A DNA stretch of 64,000 nucleotides, taken from positions 116,743,614 to 116,807,613 of the forward strand of contig NC_068981.1 of NCBI RefSeq assembly GCF_001194135.2, in the 5' to 3' direction. Shown here one piece after another: positions 38,899 through 51,152 of this stretch. Numbering within the stretch: the stretch's first letter is position 1; the number at the start of each line of letters is the position of its first letter. Source of the stretch: Octopus bimaculoides. Its lineage: Eukaryota. The notes beneath the pieces were generated by a model. That model saw nothing but the letters and a program-made list of their open reading frames with translations, searched no databases and was not told the DNA's origin. The translations under genes were made by a program, and so were the position numbers.

Positions 38899-39385
38899 CC
38901 TTCCTATTATAGGCACAAAGTCTAAAATTTATAGAGTGGGGACTAGTCGATTACATCGACCCCATTACTTGACTGGAATTTATGTTATCGACCCCGACAG
39001 GATTGAAAGGCAAAGACGATCCCGGCAGAAATTTGAGCATAAAATGTGAAGACGGACGAAATGGTGCTAAGCATTTTGCCCGCTGTGCTAACCATTCTGC
39101 TAGCTCACCGCTTTAATAGTAATAATAATAATCGCTTCTACTATAGGCACAAGGCCTGAAATTTTGGAGGAGGGGGTCCAGTCGTTTAGATCGACCCTAC
39201 TACGATCGACCCTACCTGAAGAAAACTATAACTGGGCCCCCACCTGCAATGTCATATGATGTTTACCTGGATATGAGATCACCATGTCACGTACATATGG
39301 TTGTGATGCATATGCTTGGTGTACTCTTATCAGAGCTTCGTATATTTTACCCCAGTGTCACTTTGATGGCATGCACTGCTCTCTC

Positions 39386-39434
<49 letters not shown>

Positions 39435-40778
39435 GACCGGATGCAGTACCAGGCACTGGTTCTCATGGTTTTTGATCTTAATTGATTGAAAGTGTTATAT
39501 ACAGATTTTGTCTTGGTATAAAAAATGGGCTACAGCAAATGTTCTGCTTAATACCACAGATTTGATTGTCAGTTGTTTTGACATTAACCAGTTGAGCATG
39601 TCCCTTAGTGGCTGACAATATGCTCATCTCTGATCACGAACAGGAGTACTGGGAGGGGGAGAGGGGTAGCCTCTTAGCTATGCGTCGAGAGGAATTATTT
39701 AGGGTTTGAATAATTCACTTCTGGAAACATTCGTGTTTTCGTTCAACACTCTTGAAGAATCCTTAATCAGGGTCATTTTGAGCGGAATGGGTTACTCCAC
39801 CTCAAGAAAATTCTAACTGGGCCCCATTTGGAAGGTCATGCGCTGGTTATCTTGGTATGAGATCACCATGTCGCGCACATATGGTTGTGATGCATATACT
39901 TGGTGTACACTAATTCAGACGACTAGGCATGATGGGTAGACTGCTTTCGTCTGTTTCACCCCAGTATCATTTTGATGCTATGCACTGCACTGCACTCTCA
40001 ATAATAATTATTATTTCAGAGTTTTTGACAAAAGGAGAGCTTCAGGAACGTGGGTTGAGTCGATTACATCGACCCTAGTATTCAACTGGTACTTATTTTA
40101 TCGATCCCGAATAAGATGAAGAGCAAGGTCGACCTCGGTGGAATTTGAACTCTGAACGTAGCGACGGGTGAAATACCGCTAAGCATTTCGTCCAGCGTCC
40201 TAACGATTCTGCCTGCTCACCGCCTTAATAATGATAATAATAAGAATAATAATAGTTTCAAAATTTGCCACATAAGTGCATCCATTTTGGGGCAGGGATG
40301 AGTGGATTACGTTGACCCCAGTGTTCAACTGGTACTTATTTTATTAACTCTGAAAGAATGAAAGGTGAAGCCGACTTCGGCGGAATTTGAACTCAAAATG
40401 TAACAACGGGTGAAATACCGTATTTCGTCCAGCGCGCTAACGATTCTGCCAGCTCACCGCCTTATTAGCAACAACAACAATAGCAACAATAATAATAAAC
40501 GGTTTACGGCAAATATTCTGCTGAATAGCACAGATTTACTGTCATCATGTACATTGTTTATAATAATCCTCTCTGCGAAAGGCACAAGGCCCGAAATTTC
40601 TGTAGAAGGGGCTTGTCGGTTATATCGACATCAGTATTCAACTGGTACTTAATTTATCGACCCCGAATGGCTGAAAGGCAAAGTCGATCTGGGCGGAATT
40701 TGAACTCAGAATATGAAAACTAACTAAATGGCGCCAGGTATTTTGCCCTGTGTGCTATCAAACAGCCAGGTCGCTGCC

Positions 40779-40843
<65 letters not shown>

Positions 40844-41050
40844 TCCTTTCTACTAAAGGCACAACACTTGAAATTTGGCGGGAGGATACTAGTCGATTAT
40901 ATCGATCCCACTATTTCACTGGTACTTAATTTATCGACCTCGAAAGGACAAAAGGCAAAGTCGACCTCTGCGGAATTTGAACTCAGAATGTAATGATGGA
41001 CGAAATGCCGCTAAGCATTTCGTCCGGCGTGCTATCGATTCTGCCAGATT
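38899..41050 (-). mobile_element. head-to-tail stack of six SINE family A copies separated by (AAT)n
   Basis: Copies at about 38899-39114, 39133-39200 (partial), 40015-40226, 40255-40463, 40568-40780 and 40845-41050. Confidence 0.9.
39216..40000 (+). mobile_element. two 5'-truncated copies of an (AAT)n-tailed repeat (probable LINE 3' UTR)
   Basis: 39216-39385 and 39432-40000 share gagatcaccatgtc...atatggttgtgatgcata...gcactgc(t)ctcaataataat. Confidence 0.75.
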
Positions 41051-41571
41051 GTGGCAGCAATCTCGTTTCGATCACCGATTAGACACCGCTACCTAATAAA
41101 AGCATTCAACCTTTATAGACGTGTTTCAAAACAACTGAATTGAGAATCACAGGTGGTGATACTATTTTGAAGGTTTTAATATCTGAAGTCTCTTGTGCTG
41201 TATCGAAAGCAGATCAGTTTAAAATCCTGTATTTCAGTTACCCCTTATCTCAGATTCGGGGAACAGTGTCGAGGTAGACATCGAAATCCTCCATCTCTCA
41301 ACTGTTGCATCTTGTGAATTCTAAAAGTAATATTGTGACGTAAAACTTTACTTTCGTGTGCGTCTGATGTAATTCATCAAAGACGGAAATTTGTAAAGAT
41401 ATACTGTGCATCCATCAAGCTACTTTCATTACCTACTGTATAAATGCATGGGTCTCAAGATGAACAGTGCTGTAGTAGTGTTTGCCTCCAAGACATGGTC
41501 CAGACATCCTTGTAACTTGTACTACATACATCGTCTTTCTTCCCGACGACTTCCAGTGTATACTCACTTTT

Positions 41572-41712
41572 ACTCTCTCTTTTACTTGTTTCAGTTATTT
41601 GACTGCGGCCATGCTGGAGCACCACCTTTTAGTCGAACAAATCGACCCCAGGATTTATTCTTTGGAAGCCTAGTACTTATTCTATCAGTCTCTTTTGCCG
41701 AACCGCTAAGTA
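41572..41712 (-). mobile_element. SINE family B, 3' fragment
   Basis: tttacttgtttcagttatttgactgcggccatgctggagcacc...atcgaccccaggatttattc. Confidence 0.85.
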
Positions 41713-43433
41713 TCTGCAAGTTCTTTCTCCAATCTTTTGAGCTCTATCGCATTATTAGAGATAAAGAATGCGACTAATAACTGTCTCTGTAAATTTCCAT
41801 TTATTTAGCGTTCACATTCTGTTTCCCTTGATTTCCGTTTTCCAGAAACATGCCAAGTTACCAGAAACTGGATCCTTGTCTACATAAATGATTTTGTCTT
41901 ACCTTCTGCGTAGTAAATTACCTAGAATTATAGACGTCCTACACTAGTTGTACTTACTTGTTAGCCCAAGAAGAATATTAGATACGAGCTGCAAGACCCA
42001 CTGCAGTTTGATCAAATTCACTTTGATGTATTTGAACAAACTATTTGATAGCTGTTACGCTCCATCTTTGTATCAGCTATAATTTCAGGGTTACCCGACC
42101 TATTACTCACCAGCCCTTAACGGCAGGACGTTCTTGCGTTCAGATATCCCTGATATCTAAACGCAAGTAATATAGATAAATGGCAGGTAAGTATCTCATC
42201 ATACGTTTGCTCGATCAGAGATGACCTAATTCTAAACAACAACAATTACAACAACTGCAAAAGCACAATGATCGCAAATACTACAAACAATTGTAGATAA
42301 TGACGCCACTTAAACAGCTGGACATCAAACATGAGACAGACTAGACCACCAGATGAGGAGAAATCTTTTACGTGATCAATTTGGCATTCAGTCATATCAC
42401 AGACTAGTCTGTGATGTATCAGTGCTGAAGTTTTTCTAAAAAGCAGCTTCAGAATTTAAGCTATGAGCAATTAAATTGTGCTACGTTCTCCAGCAAGAAG
42501 AGACAATGAAAGAGATCTTATGTGGGTGTTAGGCCTATTAGAACTATCAGACAAATTTCTCTGACTCACATTCTTCTATCCTGAAACAAGGATATACAAG
42601 AAAAAAAAGCAGGTGGCCACGACCGGAACGCCCTTGTTAATTATTATACTCGGATAGAGCTCATATGAAGGCTAAATAACAAAATTTATACTATGCTAAA
42701 AACAACAATAATAACGGCTCCAACACCAATGACAAATCACTGAATAACAGACCGTTCAGTGTTATTGTCAACAATACTTCACCAGCAGGACCAGAAACTA
42801 AATCACACCAGCTACTGTGGAAATATCAATCGCTGAAAAATCGACCAATCCTCAATTATTATCCTCAATAACTTCACCAAGACCAACACCAGCAAAGCAT
42901 GAGACGAAATCACTTCAACCACACCCCAGAGCACTAAACTTTAAAATGAATAGACCAGCAACTGAAGCTTCGTTGCAGTAGCAGCAGTAGCCGTAGTAAC
43001 GGTTGCATATGACTGCTTCCCTTTATTGTTCGTGTGTAATAGTGTATTCTATAGCCTTTCTGTGTTGCCTTTTACTGTTGTAATCGATTTTTCCTCTCTT
43101 ACCTACCTCAACCACTTTTTCATACAATACAATCTCTGTTACGTTTGTTTTAGATATATCAATATATTAGCAATATATACAAAGATTGAAAATGGGAGGG
43201 AGGGAGAGAGAGAGGGGATGGGGTGAGAATGAAACATGGAAATCTATGTCCGTGTTCTCTTACATGTTCTGGTATTGTAGCTTTAACGACTTACAGTACA
43301 GTATTTTATTTATATATTTCTTATTGTAATTGTTTTCTTGATATATTTTGATGAGATTTATGTGCGCACGCACATACACATCTAAACTGTCATAAGTTCA
43401 TGCATATACACACGCACATGTGTGTATGCATGT

Positions 43434-43473
<40 letters not shown>

Positions 43474-43625
43474 ATTATACGTACGTATTTATACATATGT
43501 GTGTACGTGTGTGTACATGTGCAATAATGATTTCGCCCTCTCTTTTGTAGTTATCCCTCTCTTTATTTCTTTTTGAAATGTTTTATGCATGCATTTATTT
43601 ATTTAATTATCTACTTAACTCTCAC

Positions 43626-43938
43626 TTATCTGTTATAATTGCCATCTCTAACTTCCATTTTTCTCCGACTTGTATTAATGTTGCCGTCCGTTTCACATGT
43701 CTGATCTCTTTATTGTCCCGTAACTGCTTTGCTACATCGTTTTCATCAAAATCATCATCATCATTAGAATCGCTACAGCCTCCGTGAAGAATACTTTGCA
43801 GGACTTTTAGCGTGTCGGACAATAAATTTAGCGGCATTTCTTCGGGCTGAGGTCGAGTCTGCCTTCCACTTTTCGCATCAATGAAATAAGGACCTGTTGA
43901 GCACTAGCCCTGCCCACCGCAAATTTCAGGTTTTGTAT
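43626..43938 (-). CDS. probable coding exon: prodomain end, HVKR site and start of a reprolysin/ADAMTS-like (M12B) metalloprotease domain
   Basis: 88 open codons PYFIDAKSG...SNDDDDFDENDVAKQLRDNKEIRHVKRTATLIQVGEKWKLEMAIITD with GTGAGA donor. Two same-phase acceptors (exon start 43938 strong, 43893 weak); in-frame TAG at 43904-43906 between them. Family assignment is by motif resemblance only. Confidence 0.6.
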
Positions 43939-43994
43939 CTAATATAGAAAGAATTAATGTTGTTACAATTATTTCTATTATTATACGAGTAATG

Positions 43995-44170
43995 AGGCGG
44001 CGAGCTGGCAGAATCGTTAGCGCGCCGGGCGAAATGCGTAGCAGTATTTCTTCTATCGCTACGTTCTGAGTTCAAATTCCGCCGAGGTCGACTTTTCCTT
44101 TCATCCTTTTGGGGTCGATAAAACCAGTATCAGTTGAACACTGGGATAGATGTAATCGACTCGTCCCAAA
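43995..44170 (+). mobile_element. SINE family A
   Basis: aggcggcgagctggcagaatcgttagc...gagttcaaattccgccgaggtcgac, well preserved. Confidence 0.9.
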
Positions 44171-44849
44171 ATGGCTGCGCTTATCATTATAAGTGGTAGT
44201 GCTAGTCTTAGTAGTAGTGTTGTGTTTTACCGCGACCGGATATGGCTCACAACGCTTCTGATTTTTATTTTTTTTTTTTGGTGGGTGGGGATTCATTCTT
44301 ATTACTTTTACTTTACAAAATGTTCTAATTTTCTTAGTAAGTTAGTACGAGTGATTATAAAAAAACAATAGTGAGCAGACTTATGATTATATTTTTTGAT
44401 CTCAAATTGATAGAAATAAATATTTGTGAATAATTCTTGTTAGTTGACATTGAAGATAAACAAAAGCGTTGCCATCTGAATAACAAATCACAGAATCATG
44501 GAAAAAAGAGAGGACAAGAAAATTATAAAATTCTAGGAAGTCCAGTTTGAAATAAAAATTAATGCCTCCTGATTTTGATCGGAATGAAAGCATTTTGTTG
44601 AACGTTATTAACGACATAAATTTTTTAAAGCCGCAACCAATAAGTTTTAGATATAGACAAGTCCTGTCAGAGAATCAAGTATAGTAGCAATGAGTCACGT
44701 GGTACTCAGTATTCTTCCTCAAGAAATTTGTCTTAGTGAGCAAGATGAAAATTGAAATGCCCTTGCCTCACAAAAACTGCGTGCATTTCTGTATGTGTGT
44801 GTTTGTATGTGTGTATGTGTGCGTGTGTGAGTGTGTGTGTGATGGACTA

Positions 44850-45480
44850 TGGAGTAAAGCATTTAAAACTGAATTGTTGCCTCCCTACCCGGCGTGTGTG
44901 AATTTGTCGTACCTATCCAGCTAGGCATGGTATACGGTATTTTCAGCACACTTTTCAGAATCGAGGCTGAAGTCAAGTGATATGCACATTAGTGAATTAC
45001 ACAACAACACATCAGGTTGTCCTGCAGAACAAGTACGTGGGCGCAGCGCAACACAAATGTGAAAGTTAGCGTTATTAGCAGGGACATGGGCCTCAAAAAC
45101 CCTGTCACCATTGTAATGCAGTGCGGTTGATGTTCGTAAGGGAAGTGTTCCGGATCATAACTGGTCGCTATTTTAGCATTGATTTGCACTTCTGTATCAC
45201 TCAAGACCACAATGCTCTTGACGATGTACGTCTCATCGGGAGTGCAAAAGTAAATGCAATATCACTGACAATGCTAAAAGAAGAGACTCGTTGGAGCACC
45301 TTCTCTAGAAAGCTGGAACATCGGAATGGGATAGAGGAGGAAGATCATTTTCAGAAAATAAGAAAGTGGTAGAAGGCAGCGAAAGCGAAGAGTGTCATGT
45401 ACTTCAGATTAAGAAAAAGTAAATTACAACTGAGGAAAGTTCCGCGAAGAAGAGAGAAAATATAGAGAAAAGTGCATAGA
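44850..45480 (+). mobile_element. degenerate coding-like segment, possibly an Academ-type transposase C-terminus
   Basis: FKTELLPP...AWY...VPDHNW...CS*RC..RECKSKCN resembles the LPPT...W...CxC tail. Many stops; judged by eye. Confidence 0.3.
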
Positions 45481-46173
45481 GTAAATTTTATAAGTTCTCT
45501 ACTGAAACAATTTGAATGTTTCAATCTGTCTCTGTGAATACTTCCATATAACTACTCGCGTCTGATCCATACTAGATGGAGATTTCACATTGTTTTGTTC
45601 GATACTAATTATTTAATCTGCACTCTATATATTGTATTTAATGACACGTTTACGACGTACACCTGGGATTTTGTGGTTGTAGAAAGGACCTCAAACGTTA
45701 GTCTTTAAGCCGTTAATTGTATTAAAGTGTACGCTATTAACAACCTTAATTATAGAAGGAAATCGAAGAGTTAATTGTTATTTTTAATCTAGTGAACCAA
45801 AGTTACGAAATACTTCAAATATATACGTCAAAATAAGAATGCAACTGTGAATTTCCATTGTTTCTAATTAAAGTCGTTCATTCCGTAGCAATTTCATCTT
45901 TTTTTTTTAGATTTCATCATCACCCAATTTAGTAAACGGTGATGTGCTTAATACAATACGAATACAAGTCAACCTACTGGATCAATATAGTGGACTATAA
46001 ACTTTACCCCAAACATATAGACTGGTTAGATTGCTGTTGTCATTCTTATAATTTTATTTGTATTATTTCTTCGTTACTGCCTTCTCTCTTTCTTGTTTAG
46101 GTTTTCATGGTAGTAATAATATGACGCTGATGTGTTTCTCTTGCACTAGTTTTTTAACAAGCTTATCGTTATT

Positions 46174-46243
<70 letters not shown>

Positions 46244-47316
46244 NNNNNNNNNNNNNNNNNNNNNNNNNNNNNNNNNNNNNNNNNNNNNNNNNNNNNNNNN
46301 NNNNNNNNNNNNNNNNNNNNNNNNNNNNNNNNNNNNNNNNNNNNNNNNNNNNNNNNNNNNNNNNNNNNNNNNNNNNNNNNNNNNNNNNNNNNNNNNNNNN
46401 NNNNNNNNNNNNNNNNNNNNNNNNNNNNNNNNNNNNNNNNNNNNNNNNNNNNNNNNNNNNNNNNNNNNNNNNNNNNNNNNNNNNNNNNNNNNNNNNNNNN
46501 NNNNNNNNNNNNNNNNNNNNNNNNNNNNNNNNNNNNNNNNNNNNNNNNNNNNNNNNNNNNNNNNNNNNNNNNNNNNNNNNNNNNNNNNNNNNNNNNNNNN
46601 NNNNNNNNNNNNNNNNNNNNNNNNNNNNNNNNNNNNNNNNNNNNNNNNNNNNNNNNNNNNNNNNNNNNNNNNNNNNNNNNNNNNNNNNNNNNNNNNNNNN
46701 NNNNNNNNNNNNNNNNNNNNNNNNNNNNNNNNNNNNNNNNNNNNNNNNNNNNNNNNNNNNNNNNNNNNNNNNNNNNNNNNNNNNNNNNNNNNNNNNNNNN
46801 NNNNNNNNNNNNNNNNNNNNNNNNNNNNNNNNNNNNNNNNNNNNNNNNNNNNNNNNNNNNNNNNNNNNNNNNNNNNNNNNNNNNNNNNNNNNNNNNNNNN
46901 NNNNNNNNNNNNNNNNNNNNNNNNNNNNNNNNNNNNNNNNNNNNNNNNNNNNNNNNNNNNNNNNNNNNNNNNNNNNNNNNNNNNNNNNNNNNNNNNNNNN
47001 NNNNNNNNNNNNNNNNNNNNNNNNNNNNNNNNNNNNNNNNNNNNNNNNNNNNNNNNNNNNNNNNNNNNNNNNNNNNNNNNNNNNNNNNNNNNNNNNNNNN
47101 NNNNNNNNNNNNNNNNNNNNNNNNNNNNNNNNNNNNNNNNNNNNNNNCAAATGCCGGAGCTAAAAGTTTTGGGGATTTTCATCGGCTGTTTTTGACGTCT
47201 TAGGAATGCTGGAACTCTAGGTTATCTTCATGTGTGTGCCTGTACACACAGACACACACACATATGAATTTGTTTTGCAACGTTCCTAGTGAAACTGTGT
47301 TGAAAGTTGAAACAGA

Positions 47317-47963
47317 TGTTGTTATATTTCGGGATAGTAAGACATTTTTTTTGTTAAATAAACACACGCACTATATATTTGTTTCGTTTTGGAATTTGGT
47401 TTGCAAGATTATTTATGTGAGTTCGTGTGTTGAAGCATATTCTGTTGTGTCTGGGGAGAGTCATTTTCTTTTTGTGCCTTATAATTTAACACACTCACCG
47501 GTAAAATTTCCACTTATTGCTTTTTTATAAAAAAATAATAAAAAAAGAAAAAAGAAATAAGTGGAAATTTTGCCGGTGGGTGTGTTAATTTATAAGGCAC
47601 CCAAAAAGAATGACTCTCCCCAGGCACAACAGTATATATTCGTTTTTCACTCGTTTATTATTGTTCTTATTTTATGCTATGTCCATTGCCTGGAAATCGT
47701 TCGTCAAACAACTATGACCTCTTCAGCGACCCTTTCCATATACGTGTATTCCCCTATTTTGCCACGTCCTGGTGAATAAGCTATGCGGGAGCAGGAGAGT
47801 ACACGTGATGGAAAAGTTCGCTAAAGAAGTCACAGGTGTGTGACGAACGATTTCCAGACAATGGATATAAGATAGAACAAGAACTAATAAACGAATGAAG
47901 AACGAATATACAGTGTATGTGTTTATTTGGCAAGAATAGAGACCATCCCGAAATATAACAACA
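47317..47963. mobile_element. nested fold-back element, locus 2
   Basis: Outer arms 47317-47380 plus 47632-47755 pair with 47795-47963. An inner hairpin (47442-47518/47556-47632) sits in the left arm, flanked by TATATATT at 47372-47379 and 47633-47640. Confidence 0.85.
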
Positions 47964-47981
47964 CATATACACACACGCACG

Positions 47982-48032
<51 letters not shown>

Positions 48033-48329
48033 TTATTTCTAAAGTCAAACACGTTTAGTAATAAAACGATGGGAGCAAAATCATATATTAGATACACTGA
48101 ATACACAGAGCAACAGGGAACAAGCGCAGAAAGTCACCAATTCCTCATTAGTTATCAGCCAAAGTGTCAAGCGCAATTTCGTGCTACTATCGATAATATT
48201 GCATCCATGCTTAAGACATCAGGAGAAGTGAGATATGGGCATGTCACACGTATAGATAATCAGGTTGTACACTAACGCCTGGTTTAGCAGCAGTATAGTC
48301 AATTGCTATAAAGGTAAACGTAATGCCTT

Positions 48330-49620
48330 AGACAGAAATAAGTACAAGGATGTCAAATTGCTAGATCAAGTCACCAAAGTTAGAAAAAGGCTTATAGCTC
48401 AGAGGCAACTGCAGGTCACATCAAGCTAAAATCAAACCTCTGTTTTTCTCTTTTGTTGAAATGGAGAAAGCTTTTGACTCGGTACCCCGCTCCCTTATCT
48501 GGTGGGAAAAGCAGAAGCTGGGATAGATGAGTGGTTGGTAAGAGCTGTACAAGCCATATACAGAGATGCTGTCAGTGCGGTGAAAGTCGGCATTGAGTAT
48601 AGCAAGGAATATAGCTCACAGGTAAGAGTTCGCCACAGATCGGTTCTCAGTCCCGTCTTGTTAATCATTGTTCTCCTGACCGTAACAGGAACTTAGGAAT
48701 GGCTGCCCTTGCGAGGACCTTGTTTTTATTGCTGGATCATTACCTGACCTAGAGAAGAAATTTCGTGTGGAAGCTAGGTCGGGAATCAAAGTTCTAGCAA
48801 GTATAAAAACAGACAAATCACTGATCCCTTTAGGGAGGTGGTCCTGCCGATATGTAGAAAAGGTATTAACAGAAACTCCTTACGGTGTACCCAGCGCAAG
48901 CTATGGACACATAAGAGGTTCAGCAGTATCACAGGATAGTTAACAGAGAAAGTAGTCTTTATATGTGGAATATGTGCAGGTACATTAAACACTAGGAATG
49001 TGCAGAAAATAGACTCCCTTAAATGTCCGGTAGGCTCCTTAGACGTAACAGATAGTTTCCGTTACTTAGGCGACAAATTTAGCAGTGGAGGAGGTAAATC
49101 TAAAAGCGGAGTTGCTAGAATAAGAACGGGCTGGGCAAAGTTCAGAGAGCTGCTACCTTTTGTAGTAAAGAGGCCACCCCCTCAGAATGAAAGGCAGATT
49201 GTATGATGCCTGTGTACAAACAGCTATGCTACATGACAGTGAGACACGGGCTGTGACTGTTGAGGACATGCGAAGGATTAAAAAAATGATGTCAGCATGC
49301 TCCGCTGGGTGGGTAATGTCTGTGTGAATATACGACAGAGTATAAGTAACTTGAGTGGAAAATTGTGTATACGAAGCATCCGTTGCAGTTTGCAAGAGGG
49401 ATGACCACGCTGGAATGGTCATGTCCTACATATGAATGACGACAGTTGCATCAACAAATGTCAATTTCTAATAGGGTGGGGTAAGGGTTAGACCCAGGAA
49501 GACGTGCACAGAGTGGTAAGAAAGGATCTTCAGACACTGGGGCTCACAGAGGAGATGACAAGGGACCGAAACTTCTGGCAGTGTGATGTGTTTGAGTAAA
49601 TACGTCTAGCTAAGAAGATT
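48330..49620 (+). mobile_element. degenerate RTE (BovB-like) LINE, RT to C-terminus
   Basis: NKYKDVKLLDQVTK, MEKAFDSVPRSLIW, GIDEWLVRAVQAIYRDAVS, VTDSFRYLGD, ARIRTGWAKFRELLP. Confidence 0.9.
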
Positions 49621-49679
49621 TGCGGTCATCCATACATACACGTATGTTCTCTACGTCTCTCTCTCTCTCAGCCGAGAGA

Positions 49680-49880
49680 TCTTAGTCTTATGGGTCGTAC
49701 GTGCTTGTGCTACGTTAAAAGCATCCCGTACTGTAATGTGGTCGAGGTTAGAAAGAGCATCCAACCATAGAAACCACGCCAAAACAGGCGAATGCAGTCC
49801 AGGCAAGTCTCTGGCCGCCCAGCTTCGGTCAAACCATCCAACCTATGTCAGGATGGTGAGTGGACGTTACATGATGATGA
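49680..49880 (+). mobile_element. RTE 3' UTR fragment ending in (GAT)n
   Basis: Matches 55560-55720 (ttaggaag/gcatccagc/caaaccgtccaacccatgc/ggacattaaacgac..gatgat). Confidence 0.7.
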
Positions 49881-49898
49881 TATTAATATGCATTCACG

Positions 49899-49968
<70 letters not shown>

Positions 49969-49989
49969 CGCACACATAAATATCCTTTG

Positions 49990-50330
49990 GGAGAATGATA
50001 AGAATGACAATGCGATGGCGATGATGGTCATGACAACAGCTACGTCGACGAGCAAGTCGACACACACGACTAAGATGGCAAGAGAGCGGCGGAGCTGGTG
50101 TCGATGATGATGATATGATGATGACGATGACGATGATTACGACGATGATGATGACAATGACGATGAGGGTGAGTAGAGTGATAATAAGGTTAAGGACGAC
50201 AACGTCAATGACAAGAGACGAAAGTGTCATTAAAAAAACTGCAAATATGATGATAATGATTATAAAGATGCTGACGAGAAAACCTACAATGATGATGATT
50301 ATGATTATAGTGATAATAGTATGAAGAGTA
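49990..50330. repeat. cryptic (GAT/GAC/AAT)-type triplet-periodic tract
   Basis: Direct reading. Confidence 0.8.
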
Positions 50331-50682
50331 GGAGGAGTTGAATGAAGATAGTAAATGTCATTCTACTGTGAACAACGACCTTTTGATGTCACCTGACAAA
50401 AAGGGGAGTGAAACTTGCAATGAAGCACTAGCGATCTACGATGAACTAGATCCTTTTTATTTATGTCAACCGGAGTAGATTTATATTGGTAACAAATGTT
50501 GTGATCGGAGGAGGCTCTGAAGGTGCAGCCTTCCTTTAACAACCGTCAACATAAGCTAATAACAGTATTGCATGAGCTACACGACCCCTGCCTTTTACAA
50601 ACACATCCACATATACTCTCATACAAGTCAGGAGCATCACATCGCTCATAGATTGATAATAGATAAATAGATAGAAAGATAA

Positions 50683-50721
<39 letters not shown>

Positions 50722-51107
50722 CATGCATACATACATACATACATACATATATATACATACATACATGATCATTATATTTCACGTCGCATATTGCACCAAC
50801 CGTCATTACTAAAAGCATCACGATTTAACCTTACGAACATACAAACAGTAATTATGTGTGTTATTGCTTGTTTTTGTATAATGTCTGTGTGTAAAGGGTC
50901 TATGTTCATATATGCCTGTGTGTGCATGTTCATATATGTGTGTGTGTATTTATTTATGTGTGTGTGTGTGTGTGTATGTATTGTGTGGATATACATTTAT
51001 TTATATATATGAATGTGTACACACACACACATACACAAACAAACATATTTTACTTCACGTATGTGCGTATGTGTGTCTGTCTCTACGTAATTTCCATGTG
51101 AAAATGT

Positions 51108-51152
<45 letters not shown>

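Noticed and set aside
38899-41050. Regularly recurring conserved sequence suggesting a CRISPR-like array
   Set aside because: Units are ~210-bp SINEs separated by microsatellite in a eukaryotic context, with no cas genes.
41900-42190. Consensus donors on both strands (GTAAGT at about 42187 on plus; two on minus at about 41957 and 41903)
   Set aside because: The plus frames have stops and overlap SINE family C; the minus pair would need a 36-bp intron.
44989-45210. Minus-strand YDPEHFPYEHQPHC resembling a nicotinic/chemotactile receptor Cys-loop
   Set aside because: First Cys absent, spacing wrong, upstream TGA, no transmembrane region following. More likely antisense to a transposon relic; an HMM search against Neur_chan_LBD would settle it.
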